Of a stretch of 54,835 bases of DNA, positions 19,833-28,294 are shown in pieces (position 1 is the first letter of the stretch; the number at the start of each line of letters is the position of its first letter). This DNA is from an uncultured Nitrososphaerota archaeon (lineage in GTDB: Archaea > Korarchaeota > Korarchaeia > Korarchaeales > Korarchaeaceae). Location of the stretch: positions 1-54,835 of the forward strand of contig CAZUBM010000013.1 of assembly GCA_964618805.1 (NCBI GenBank). Reading direction: 5' to 3'. Below the pieces are notes generated by a model, which made no database searches, was not told the DNA's origin, and saw only the letters and a list, made by a program, of their open reading frames with translations. A program made the position numbers and the translations under genes.

Positions 19833-20768
19833 TCACAGAATGTCCTTTAGGTCAGGCCATCTCCTGATAAGTTTGTTCAATGTTGGGAGAAACCTTGCGC
19901 CTTCTCCTTCGCATTTATACCCTGCGAGGGCATTTCCTAATTTACAAGCATCTAGAGGGCCAAGACCTCTGGAAATCCCTAGCAAGAAACCAGCATTAAA
20001 TGCGTCCCCAGCACCGGTCGTATCCAGGACCTTTACCTTCATGGCTGGAACTAGCCTGATCCCTTCCTCCCATACGACCAAACATCCATCCTTACCCGCT
20101 TTAACTACTAATATTTCAGCACCTAATACACTTCTAAGATTTTCAAGCTCTTTATTTCCATACCCCCGACATAAGGATTTCGCTTCCATCTCGTTTGATA
20201 AACAATAAGTTATCAGCCCGCTCAGCTTGAGAACTTTCTCCATTCCCTGAAATGCAATCCCTTCAATGTCAAGTGAGGTGGGAACTCCCGAATTCTTTGC
20301 AGTTCTAAGAATGGAAATAGCATGAGGGAACTCTTCAGGATCCATCAATGAGTAGCCAGATACATGGACAAGTGAAGCCTCAGAGGCTGCCTTTAGAACC
20401 TCCTTTGTAGCTTGAAACTTTTTGTTTGCACCTCTGCTTCCTAAGATAGTTCTTTCTCCCTCTTTATCTACGAAAATTAGCATAAAACCAGTCTTGTTAT
20501 CCTCCTTCACCTGAATTAGGCTGGAGTCAACGCCTTCCCTTTTAATCTCTTCAAGAACAAAATCTCCCCAAGGGTCTCTTCCTACAGCTCCAGCAAGTTT
20601 GACTTCTGCATTTAATCTTGCCAGAGCAACTGCGATGTTTGCGCCAACCCCACCACCACTTATCTTTACTTTTTCTGTTACAGCTATGCTCCCTCTTTTA
20701 GGATACGTCTCTCCATACATGAGAATATCAACATCTATATCCCCTAGAACTAAGAAGAACCCGCTCAG
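19833..20768 (-). CDS. PfkB family kinase (ribokinase-like), probable CTG start
   Basis: LVLGDIDVD upstream of the first ATG, GGGVGANIA, GERT, DTTGAGDAFNAG. Confidence 0.9.
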   Translation of the reverse strand: MSGFFLVLGDIDVDILMYGETYPKRGSIAVTEKVKISGGGVGANIAVALARLNAEVKLAGAVGRDPWGDFVLEEIKREGVDSSLIQVKEDNKTGFMLIFVDKEGERTILGSRGANKKFQATKEVLKAASEASLVHVSGYSLMDPEEFPHAISILRTAKNSGVPTSLDIEGIAFQGMEKVLKLSGLITYCLSNEMEAKSLCRGYGNKELENLRSVLGAEILVVKAGKDGCLVVWEEGIRLVPAMKVKVLDTTGAGDAFNAGFLLGISRGLGPLDACKLGNALAGYKCEGEGARFLPTLNKLIRRWPDLKDIL

Positions 20769-20772
20769 AAAT

Positions 20773-21594
20773 CTATTCCTCCCTTCTTATCCTTTTGACT
20801 TCTTCCATTAGCCTCTTTACTCTTTCTAGTTCTACTGGATTCTGTGTAATACCGCCTACCTTAAAATACGTGCCAACGATTGCTCCATCAGCATATTTGA
20901 AGAAGTCTCTAACGTTTGATGGGTTGACTCCACTCCCAACGAGCAGAGGCTTTCCAGGTAAGAATTCCCTAACCCTTTTAACCTTCTCAACGCTCGGAGC
21001 CTTACCTGTCATGGTTCCAGTCACTATGAGGGCATCAGCCATGTAAAAGTCAAGCCATTCAGCATGCTTCTCCAAATCTATGCCTGGGAACATGACAGCG
21101 TGCTTTTTTGTTACATCTGCGAATAGCTTTATGTCATCTGCCTGCAAGAACTTCCTCATTCTAAGCATCTTTGCACCCACACCGTGATCGAACTCTCCAG
21201 TGTCCCATACTAATGCACCAGCCATCAAACACACCCTTATGAACTTTGCTCCTGAAGCGACAGCGATGGCAAGCTCACCCCTCCATCCATTGTGTATTAT
21301 GTTCACGCCAACTGGAACTGAAGATTCTTTAACAATTTCTCTAGTTGCTACGGCCATTGCAGCTACTTCCTCTGGAGGGATATTTTCTCCGACAAAATAA
21401 GGGAGGTCCCACATGTTCTCAACAATAAGACCATCAACCCCTCCTTCCTGCAATAATCTTGCGTCCTTAAGGGCGAACTCTATTATGGAGTCAATGCTCT
21501 CCCCTTCATAAGCTACTGATCCCGGTAGAGGCGGCAAGTGTACCATACCAATGATGGCTTTTTCAACCCCGAAGAGTTCTGAAACGGACTTCAT
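20773..21594 (-). CDS. BtpA/SgcQ family TIM-barrel protein
   Basis: IIGMVHLPPLPGS, ENMWDLPY, GVN, KKHA, VTGTMTG, GSGV, IVGT; start MKSV. Confidence 0.92.
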   Translation of the reverse strand: MKSVSELFGVEKAIIGMVHLPPLPGSVAYEGESIDSIIEFALKDARLLQEGGVDGLIVENMWDLPYFVGENIPPEEVAAMAVATREIVKESSVPVGVNIIHNGWRGELAIAVASGAKFIRVCLMAGALVWDTGEFDHGVGAKMLRMRKFLQADDIKLFADVTKKHAVMFPGIDLEKHAEWLDFYMADALIVTGTMTGKAPSVEKVKRVREFLPGKPLLVGSGVNPSNVRDFFKYADGAIVGTYFKVGGITQNPVELERVKRLMEEVKRIRREE

Positions 21595-21774
21595 CTTCCT
21601 TGCGTAAAACCTACGAGCCCATTCAACTTCGAATTCCAAAGTCCAACCCCTCAGCATTCCTCAATTACAGCTGAAAAAGTTTAGGTTCTTGTCGTTCCGA
21701 TGTTTTAACGATAAGGAGCCTAATTTCGGAAATTGGACATCGGATTTTTATTAAGGATCTTTAGAGCATGGCTG

Positions 21775-22677
21775 ATGAAGTTCGGTGTTATGCTCCCCCA
21801 CAGGTGGGTTTATGCATCCAAAGAGAGCATAGTGGAGTTTGCTAAGCTAGCCGAGGAGCTGGGCTTTACCTCCATCTGGGTCACTGATCACATAATTGTC
21901 CCAGCAGATAGGACAGAGAGAGGCCACATCTTCTACGAGCCACTGATAACACTAGCCTGCGTTGGAGTTCAGACGAGTTTGGATTTAGGAACGTGCGTCC
22001 TCATGCTTCCTGCAAGAAATCCAATTCTTTTGGCCAAACAGGCAGCAACTTTGGACCTTCTCAGCCAAGGAAGGCTTATCCTTGGTGTGGGAGCTGGGTG
22101 GATTAGAGAAGAGATCGAAGCCATGGGTTCGAGTTTTAAATTAAGAGGGAGAATGGAGGACGAGGCAATAGAACTTTTGAAAACGTTATGGAGTAAAAAG
22201 GGCCCGATAAACTTTAATGGGATGTTCTGGAAGTTTGAGAACATGATATTTGAGCCAAAGCCTAGCAGAAAGATACCTATATGGGTTGGAGGGAAGAAGA
22301 AACCCTCAATCATAAGGGCTGCAAAGCTGGGTAATGGATGGATTCCGTGGGCCATATCCCCTGAAGAACTTGAGAATGGGGTAAGGCTCATCGAAAAAAT
22401 ATCGAGGAAAAAGATAGAGGTAGCGATTGTGACGCCTGTAAACATGGTTAGAGGATCACCAAACACATATGGTGGATCTTTAGGAGAAAGACATTGGTTT
22501 CTAGCTGGATCCACTGAGGAGGTGTTGAGAGGAGTTGAAAGGCTTGTTGAAGCGGGATGCGACTATCTTATATGCTCATTCAGGGATGTGAGGCTTTTCA
22601 GGGATGATGATACCTCGGTTATGGTCAAGCAGGCTAAGGCATTCTCTAGAGGCATCATGCCATCGTTTACCAGTTAG
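21775..22677 (+). CDS. LLM-class (luciferase-like) oxidoreductase, probably F420-dependent
   Basis: MKFGV, WVTDHI, RNPILLAKQAATLDLLSQGRLILGVGAGW, IWVGG. Confidence 0.85.
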   Translation: MKFGVMLPHRWVYASKESIVEFAKLAEELGFTSIWVTDHIIVPADRTERGHIFYEPLITLACVGVQTSLDLGTCVLMLPARNPILLAKQAATLDLLSQGRLILGVGAGWIREEIEAMGSSFKLRGRMEDEAIELLKTLWSKKGPINFNGMFWKFENMIFEPKPSRKIPIWVGGKKKPSIIRAAKLGNGWIPWAISPEELENGVRLIEKISRKKIEVAIVTPVNMVRGSPNTYGGSLGERHWFLAGSTEEVLRGVERLVEAGCDYLICSFRDVRLFRDDDTSVMVKQAKAFSRGIMPSFTS

Positions 22678-22718
22678 CATCAGGTAAAGATTATTTCTTC
22701 GCTCATAAAAGTCGCTTG

Positions 22719-24065
22719 ATGTGCGACATTTTGGTGAAAAACGCTTACGTAGTTACGATGGACCGTGTAGGTAGAGTGATTCAGGACGGGGCCATAGCGA
22801 TAGAAGGGAGCAGGATCTTAGATGTCGGTCCATCTGAAGAGATCGTAGCATCATATGATGCAAGGGAGGAGATAGATGCTCGCGATATGATTGCTCTGCC
22901 AGGGTTCATCAATGCCCACACCCACATAGCAATGTGCGTTATCGCAGGAATGGGCAGTGAGCTAAAGGACAGGCTTTATAGGGTTTATTGGCCTATGGAG
23001 AAAGCTTGGACACCGGAAGATTGTTACAAAGCATCTCTCATGGGAGCAACAGAAGCTCTTCTCTTTGGAAGTACATGTATTGTTGATCATTACTTCTTTA
23101 TGGAGGAAATAGCTAAAGCAACGACAGAGTTAGGTATAAGGGGCGTCTTAGGACATACAATCATGACAGAGGATGGCCCTTGGGTTGGAAGAGAAGAGTT
23201 TGAGGAAGGGGTAAGATTTGTCAAGAGATGGAAAGGGAAACACCCTCTTGTGATCCCCTGTCTCGCGCCTCATGCTCCTGATACGGTAAGTCCAGAATGG
23301 CTAGCTGAGCTTAGAGAAATATCGATAGAGCAGGCTGTAAGGATCCATATGCACCTCTCTCAATCCATGAGGGAGGTGAGGAAGGTCAAAGGACCCTGGG
23401 GGCGAGGTGCCAGAAGTCCAGTTGACCTCCTCTACAAACTTAATATTTTAGGGCCAAATCTAATTGCGGCTCATTGCATCTATGTAGATGAACATGACCT
23501 AGAACTACTCTCTAAAACTCACACAAATGTTGTGTACTGTCCATCAACTTATGCCTTAGGAGGTAGCTATTCAAGAGCTTCTGATATGATAAGGCTGGGG
23601 ATAAGGGTATTAATAGGAACTGACGCAAGGCCAGCAGACATGATAAGTGAGCTGAGAGCAGCTGCTATGACTCAAAGACAGCTTACCGGAGACCCTCATT
23701 CCTTAAAGGCTAATAAGCTGCTTAGAATGGCAACAATAGATGCAGCTAAGGCACTTGGCCTTGAGGAAAAGCTCGGTTCTATAGAGAAGGGAAAGCTTGC
23801 AGATATAGTTCTAGTTAGCATGAAGAAGCCTCATATGAATCCGAGATTTGACCCTCTTGCTAATTTAGTCTATAATGCTTTAGGATCAGATGTAGATACA
23901 GTAATAGTTGACGGGAAGATTGTAGTTAGGAAAGGATCGCTCGTAAAACATGATATGGAATCCGTTATTAATTTAGGAAGAGAAGCGGCAAGATCTCTCA
24001 TTTTTAGAGCTACAGAGATCGATCCAAATCTAAAACAATTGATCAAAGGACTTCGATCCCCTTAA
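22719..24065 (+). CDS. Amidohydrolase, MTA/SAH/chlorohydrolase-like deaminase family
   Basis: PGFINAHTH, HMHLSQS, AHC, GTD, GSIEKGKLAD. Confidence 0.88.
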   Translation: MCDILVKNAYVVTMDRVGRVIQDGAIAIEGSRILDVGPSEEIVASYDAREEIDARDMIALPGFINAHTHIAMCVIAGMGSELKDRLYRVYWPMEKAWTPEDCYKASLMGATEALLFGSTCIVDHYFFMEEIAKATTELGIRGVLGHTIMTEDGPWVGREEFEEGVRFVKRWKGKHPLVIPCLAPHAPDTVSPEWLAELREISIEQAVRIHMHLSQSMREVRKVKGPWGRGARSPVDLLYKLNILGPNLIAAHCIYVDEHDLELLSKTHTNVVYCPSTYALGGSYSRASDMIRLGIRVLIGTDARPADMISELRAAAMTQRQLTGDPHSLKANKLLRMATIDAAKALGLEEKLGSIEKGKLADIVLVSMKKPHMNPRFDPLANLVYNALGSDVDTVIVDGKIVVRKGSLVKHDMESVINLGREAARSLIFRATEIDPNLKQLIKGLRSP

Positions 24066-24077
24066 ATCTTTTAAATT

Positions 24078-25424
24078 TCAGATTCTTCGAGGGATTCTAT
24101 CCAAGAATGTCTTGAAACCACTCCTTTCCAAGAGATTCTCAAATATGCACTGAGTTCTATTTATAATCTCTTCCTCGTCCAAAGTTAGAACATTTCTATC
24201 CTTCATAACTATCTTACCATCGATTATCACAGTATCAACATCGTTTCCGTTGGCAGAATACACAATCAACGATGGTACATTATGCAACGGAATCATATGA
24301 GGTTTGTCCCTTCTAACAAGCACTATGTCAGCCTTCTTCCCAACTTCTATGCTTCCAACCTCTTTTTCTATGCCCAGTGCTATGGCTCCTCTTACTGTCG
24401 CCATTTCAAGTACATCCCAAGCGGATATAGCTCTAGGATCTTGCTCAGCCAAAGGCTGTAGTAAAGTTGCAAACTTCATTTCCTCCAAAAGGTCAAGATT
24501 GTTATTACTCCCAGCCCCATCGGTGCCTATCGATACATTGATTCCTTTTCTGATCATTTTAGCAACAGGAGAAATTCCATGCCCTCCTTTCATCTTGCAG
24601 ATAGGATTATGGTTCACTTTAACACTTCCTCTTTTTAGAAGGTCGATTTCCTCTTCATCAGCAAAAACCACGTGAGCTGCAAGTAAATATGGACTAAGAA
24701 ATCCAATTTTGTTAAGCAGCCTTATTGGAGTGGTTCCATACCTTTGTTTGATTATTTCTAGCTCTGATCTGGATTCAGAGAGGTAAATATGAATCCTTAG
24801 GCCTGTTTCCTCAGCTGACCCCTTTACTTCATTTAGGAGTTCTTGACTGCACGCATATACAGAGTGTGGGCCAAGCATGCATGTTATTCTACCATTTAAC
24901 GCCCCATTGTATCGTTTAGCAAATTTTAAGCTCCCTTCGAGCGTAGTATCAAGCCCTTCCGGACCTCCTTCTTCGATAATGGCTTGAGCTAAAGCTGCTC
25001 TCATGCTAGATCCCTGAATTGCATCGATTACTGCTTCCATAAAGAAATAATGGTCAGCGAAGCAGGTGGTCCCGCTCTTGATCATCTCTAGGCAGCCTAA
25101 CAGGGATCCCCAATAAACATCATCTCTAGTAAGGTTAGATTCTATAGACCAAGCCCGCTCAAGCCACTCGATTCCAGAGATGTTGTCCATGACACCCCTA
25201 AACAAAGTCATGGCCAAGTGAGTGTGGGTATTGATGAGTCCAGGAATGACTATGTGCTTTGAAGCATCGATTTCGACATCTGCTGAATATTCCTTGCTAA
25301 TAGTTTCATCAGGACCTACAGCAATGATCTTTCCCTCCTCTACAACAATTGACCCCTTCTCCAGCACTTTTCGGTCTTCTGTAATTGGAACTATAATTCC
25401 TCGTCTGATGATTATGTCAGACAT
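24078..25424 (-). CDS. Amidohydrolase, MTA/SAH deaminase family
   Basis: PGLINTHTH, GPHSVY, HIYLSES, AAHV, GTDGAGSNN; start MSDII. Confidence 0.88.
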   Translation of the reverse strand: MSDIIIRRGIIVPITEDRKVLEKGSIVVEEGKIIAVGPDETISKEYSADVEIDASKHIVIPGLINTHTHLAMTLFRGVMDNISGIEWLERAWSIESNLTRDDVYWGSLLGCLEMIKSGTTCFADHYFFMEAVIDAIQGSSMRAALAQAIIEEGGPEGLDTTLEGSLKFAKRYNGALNGRITCMLGPHSVYACSQELLNEVKGSAEETGLRIHIYLSESRSELEIIKQRYGTTPIRLLNKIGFLSPYLLAAHVVFADEEEIDLLKRGSVKVNHNPICKMKGGHGISPVAKMIRKGINVSIGTDGAGSNNNLDLLEEMKFATLLQPLAEQDPRAISAWDVLEMATVRGAIALGIEKEVGSIEVGKKADIVLVRRDKPHMIPLHNVPSLIVYSANGNDVDTVIIDGKIVMKDRNVLTLDEEEIINRTQCIFENLLERSGFKTFLDRIPRRI

Positions 25425-25563
25425 CTCAGGCCACTCTGATATTTCCTCTAAAAAGCTTGTTTCTAGATGCTGCTCAAAGAGTAGCTTACATTTCTGATTT
25501 CTACATAACCTTATGATCAAAGTATTGCCTTCATTTATTCTAACACGCTATTAGATACTTTTG

Positions 25564-26820
25564 CTACTTCTGAATTTCTTCTAGGGATCTACCCATAGTT
25601 TCTATCCCAAGAAGAGCGACAGTTGCAGCAGATAGAATGTGAGCAGCAGCGAAAATTATGAACGCGAAAGCATAGCTATTTGTAAGATCGAGTATAAGTC
25701 CTACGAGATAGGGACCAATTATGCCTCCTACTCTACCAAATGAATTAGCCCATCCTGAACCTGAAGCCCTTATTGGCGTAGGATAAAGCTCCGGAGTATA
25801 TGCATATGTTATTCCCCAAGCTCCTAAATTGAAGAAAGAGATTACTATTGCGCCTAACAGGGCTTGAATGTTTGTTCTAGAAAACCAATAAAGCAGGCTT
25901 CCAAGACCTGCTAACGCCATGTAGATAGACAAACTCTTCTTCCTGCCGATTTTTTCAATAAGATAAGCGCCACTCCAATAACCAGGAATCTGAGCAAGAG
26001 TTATTATAAAGGAGTACTGAAGTGTCTTAATGAGAGAGAGCCCTCTTGCATAGAGAATTTGAGGGAACCAGAGGAAAATGCCCCAATATGCTAGCACTAT
26101 ACAGAACCAGTGGATCCACAGCATTGTGGTTCTTTTAAGATATTTTCCGGAAAAGAGATCAGTAAGTTTGATTCTCTTCCTCTTTCCAACCTTTAGCTCT
26201 ACTTTTGCGATCTTAGCTAGCACTTCAGCTTCTTTCTCTTTTCCTTTTATCAGTAAGTACCTGGGGGACTCTGGAAGAAAGAATATTAGTAAAGACGCCA
26301 AGAAAGGAAGAATCCCTGCCAAGAAAACAGGTCTCCATCCGAGCGATGGAGCAATTATTTTTCCTAAATAGGATGCAAGCAACCAGCCGAATGCCCAACC
26401 AGATTCGAGTAGAGCTACGGATCTACCCCTTATTCTCCTCGGAGAGAATTCCGAAAGAAAAGTACTTGCTGCTACCATATATCCTGTAGCCCCCATGCCA
26501 GCAAAGAATCTAAGAATTGCCATGTCAATCCAGCTTCTTGATACTGAACATAAGGCCGTAGCAGCTGCTAAAATCGAAAGGGAGAATATGGAAGAGGGCC
26601 TTCTACCCAAAACATCCGCTACTCTTCCAACTAAAAAAGCCCCAATTAACATTCCGATCAGAAACGAGTTGAGTAAGATGCCAGTCTGAGTTCCTTTAAG
26701 TTCCCATTCGCTTTTAATTAACGGAAGAGCAAAGGAAATGAGTCCTGAGTTGGATGCTACGAAAGTCCAACCTAATCCCAAGATCAAAAGAATTCTTGTG
26801 TTAAATGGAATTTTCACCAT
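25564..26820 (-). CDS. MFS transporter (SV2/NiaP/aromatic acid type)
   Basis: GRVADVLGRR, PESPRYL, YTPELYPT, ETMGRSLEEI. Confidence 0.9.
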   Translation of the reverse strand: MVKIPFNTRILLILGLGWTFVASNSGLISFALPLIKSEWELKGTQTGILLNSFLIGMLIGAFLVGRVADVLGRRPSSIFSLSILAAATALCSVSRSWIDMAILRFFAGMGATGYMVAASTFLSEFSPRRIRGRSVALLESGWAFGWLLASYLGKIIAPSLGWRPVFLAGILPFLASLLIFFLPESPRYLLIKGKEKEAEVLAKIAKVELKVGKRKRIKLTDLFSGKYLKRTTMLWIHWFCIVLAYWGIFLWFPQILYARGLSLIKTLQYSFIITLAQIPGYWSGAYLIEKIGRKKSLSIYMALAGLGSLLYWFSRTNIQALLGAIVISFFNLGAWGITYAYTPELYPTPIRASGSGWANSFGRVGGIIGPYLVGLILDLTNSYAFAFIIFAAAHILSAATVALLGIETMGRSLEEIQK

Positions 26821-26995
26821 GCTTTCACCACTCTTATAAAAGGGATCTTCAATTAAAATCTACTTATCTTCTTTTTCTTACCATTAGAAGGTAGTCCAGT
26901 GATAATTGTGATAATGGTCCTATATCAATAAGCTCCGCCAATTCTTCTATTATGGATGACTGGGTGTAATGTTTTTACCAAAAAGATATTTCCTG

Positions 26996-27688
26996 TTAAT
27001 CCCTAGACGCTTTTAAAACCCCTTCAGCCAACTCCATTAGCTTTTTTCTTGGATCTGGGTGTTTTGCTACCGCAGAAGCAAGAAGAACACCATCTGTTTC
27101 AAGTTCGATTGCTTTTCTAACATCCTCTCCACTTGAGATGCCAGCACCGCATAATATTCTTACATCCGGTGCAAATGATCTGACCAATTTGACAGTTTCG
27201 GTGATCGTTTCCGGCTTTGCCTTAGATACCGAAATACCAGTTCCAATGAGTTCTGGAGGCTCCATCGCAACAGATGTTGGCTTAAGCATGGCAACTGAAA
27301 GGCTTTCTCTTGGTGTAGCTGCACAAATTATGGAAATTAAACCTTCTTCCACGAGCTTTTGGTTTATCCACGCAATATCACTTAGTCTTAACCTCTTTTC
27401 ACTGTGATTTATTATGCTTCCAATTATCTTATATTGCTTAAGCTGTAAGGGGCTGATATATCCTGTAAATGCCCCATATGGAACTGAATCTACGTGCTGA
27501 ACAAAAACGGGGATCTCTAACTCTCTTGCCAATATAGCAGCATCTAGCGCATTAGGCGCAACTCCTATAAGAACACCTTTCTCTTTCCAAACTAATTCAG
27601 CAGCTCTTCCTATTTCAAGCGCTCTTTTACCTACTGACTGCTCATATAATTTCAGGTTCACTAAGATTCTGGGTAGCCTATCTTTCAT
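26996..27688 (-). CDS. tpiA: Archaeal-type triosephosphate isomerase
   Basis: VNLKLY, QHVD, NHSE, EPPELIGTG, CGAGI, GVLLAS; likely start MKDRL. Confidence 0.95.
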   Translation of the reverse strand: MKDRLPRILVNLKLYEQSVGKRALEIGRAAELVWKEKGVLIGVAPNALDAAILARELEIPVFVQHVDSVPYGAFTGYISPLQLKQYKIIGSIINHSEKRLRLSDIAWINQKLVEEGLISIICAATPRESLSVAMLKPTSVAMEPPELIGTGISVSKAKPETITETVKLVRSFAPDVRILCGAGISSGEDVRKAIELETDGVLLASAVAKHPDPRKKLMELAEGVLKASRD

Positions 27689-27889
27689 TTCAATCAATTT
27701 CGTGGATCCATAATAAAAGAATTTCTTGGTGAGGCTCAATACAAGTCTCTTCCATAAGAGATATGTTACCAGTGGACTTTCGAAGATCCTATATATCTCT
27801 CGATTAATTTTGTGGAAGATGAGCAAGTGTTTTCTGCTCGTAAAAGTATGGATTTTTGAATAAATGTTTCCATAGAACTTGGGATATCT

Positions 27890-28294
27890 TTGGTTAAACG
27901 CCTCTCAATCATAGACTCCGACCTATGCGTAGGCTGTGCCTCTTGTATGCTAGCTTGTACTAGGAGATTCGCTGAAGTTGGCTATGGTAAATCAGCAATA
28001 CATGTCAGAAGCGCAGGAGGTATGGAGAAGGGATTTGTCGTGATAGTTTGTAGGGCTTGTTTGGAACCTCCTTGTGCTAAGGTATGTCCAGAGGACGCTC
28101 TCGTACCAAGACAAGGAGGAGGTGTTACTTTAAGACCAGAGAAATGCATAGCTTGTGGTTATTGCGTTGAGGCATGTCCATTTGGAGCTATCTTTTGGGA
28201 CGAAGAGACAAATAAACCCATTATCTGTATTTACTGCGGTTATTGCGTAAACTACTGCCCATATAACGTAATAGCTCTTGAGGAGGTGAGATGA
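27890..28294 (+). CDS. 4x[4Fe-4S] small subunit of an AOR-family enzyme
   Basis: Four Cys clusters (CVGCASC..C, CRAC..PPC..VCP, CIACGYC..CP, CIYCGYC..CP). Confidence 0.9.
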   Translation: MVKRLSIIDSDLCVGCASCMLACTRRFAEVGYGKSAIHVRSAGGMEKGFVVIVCRACLEPPCAKVCPEDALVPRQGGGVTLRPEKCIACGYCVEACPFGAIFWDEETNKPIICIYCGYCVNYCPYNVIALEEVR

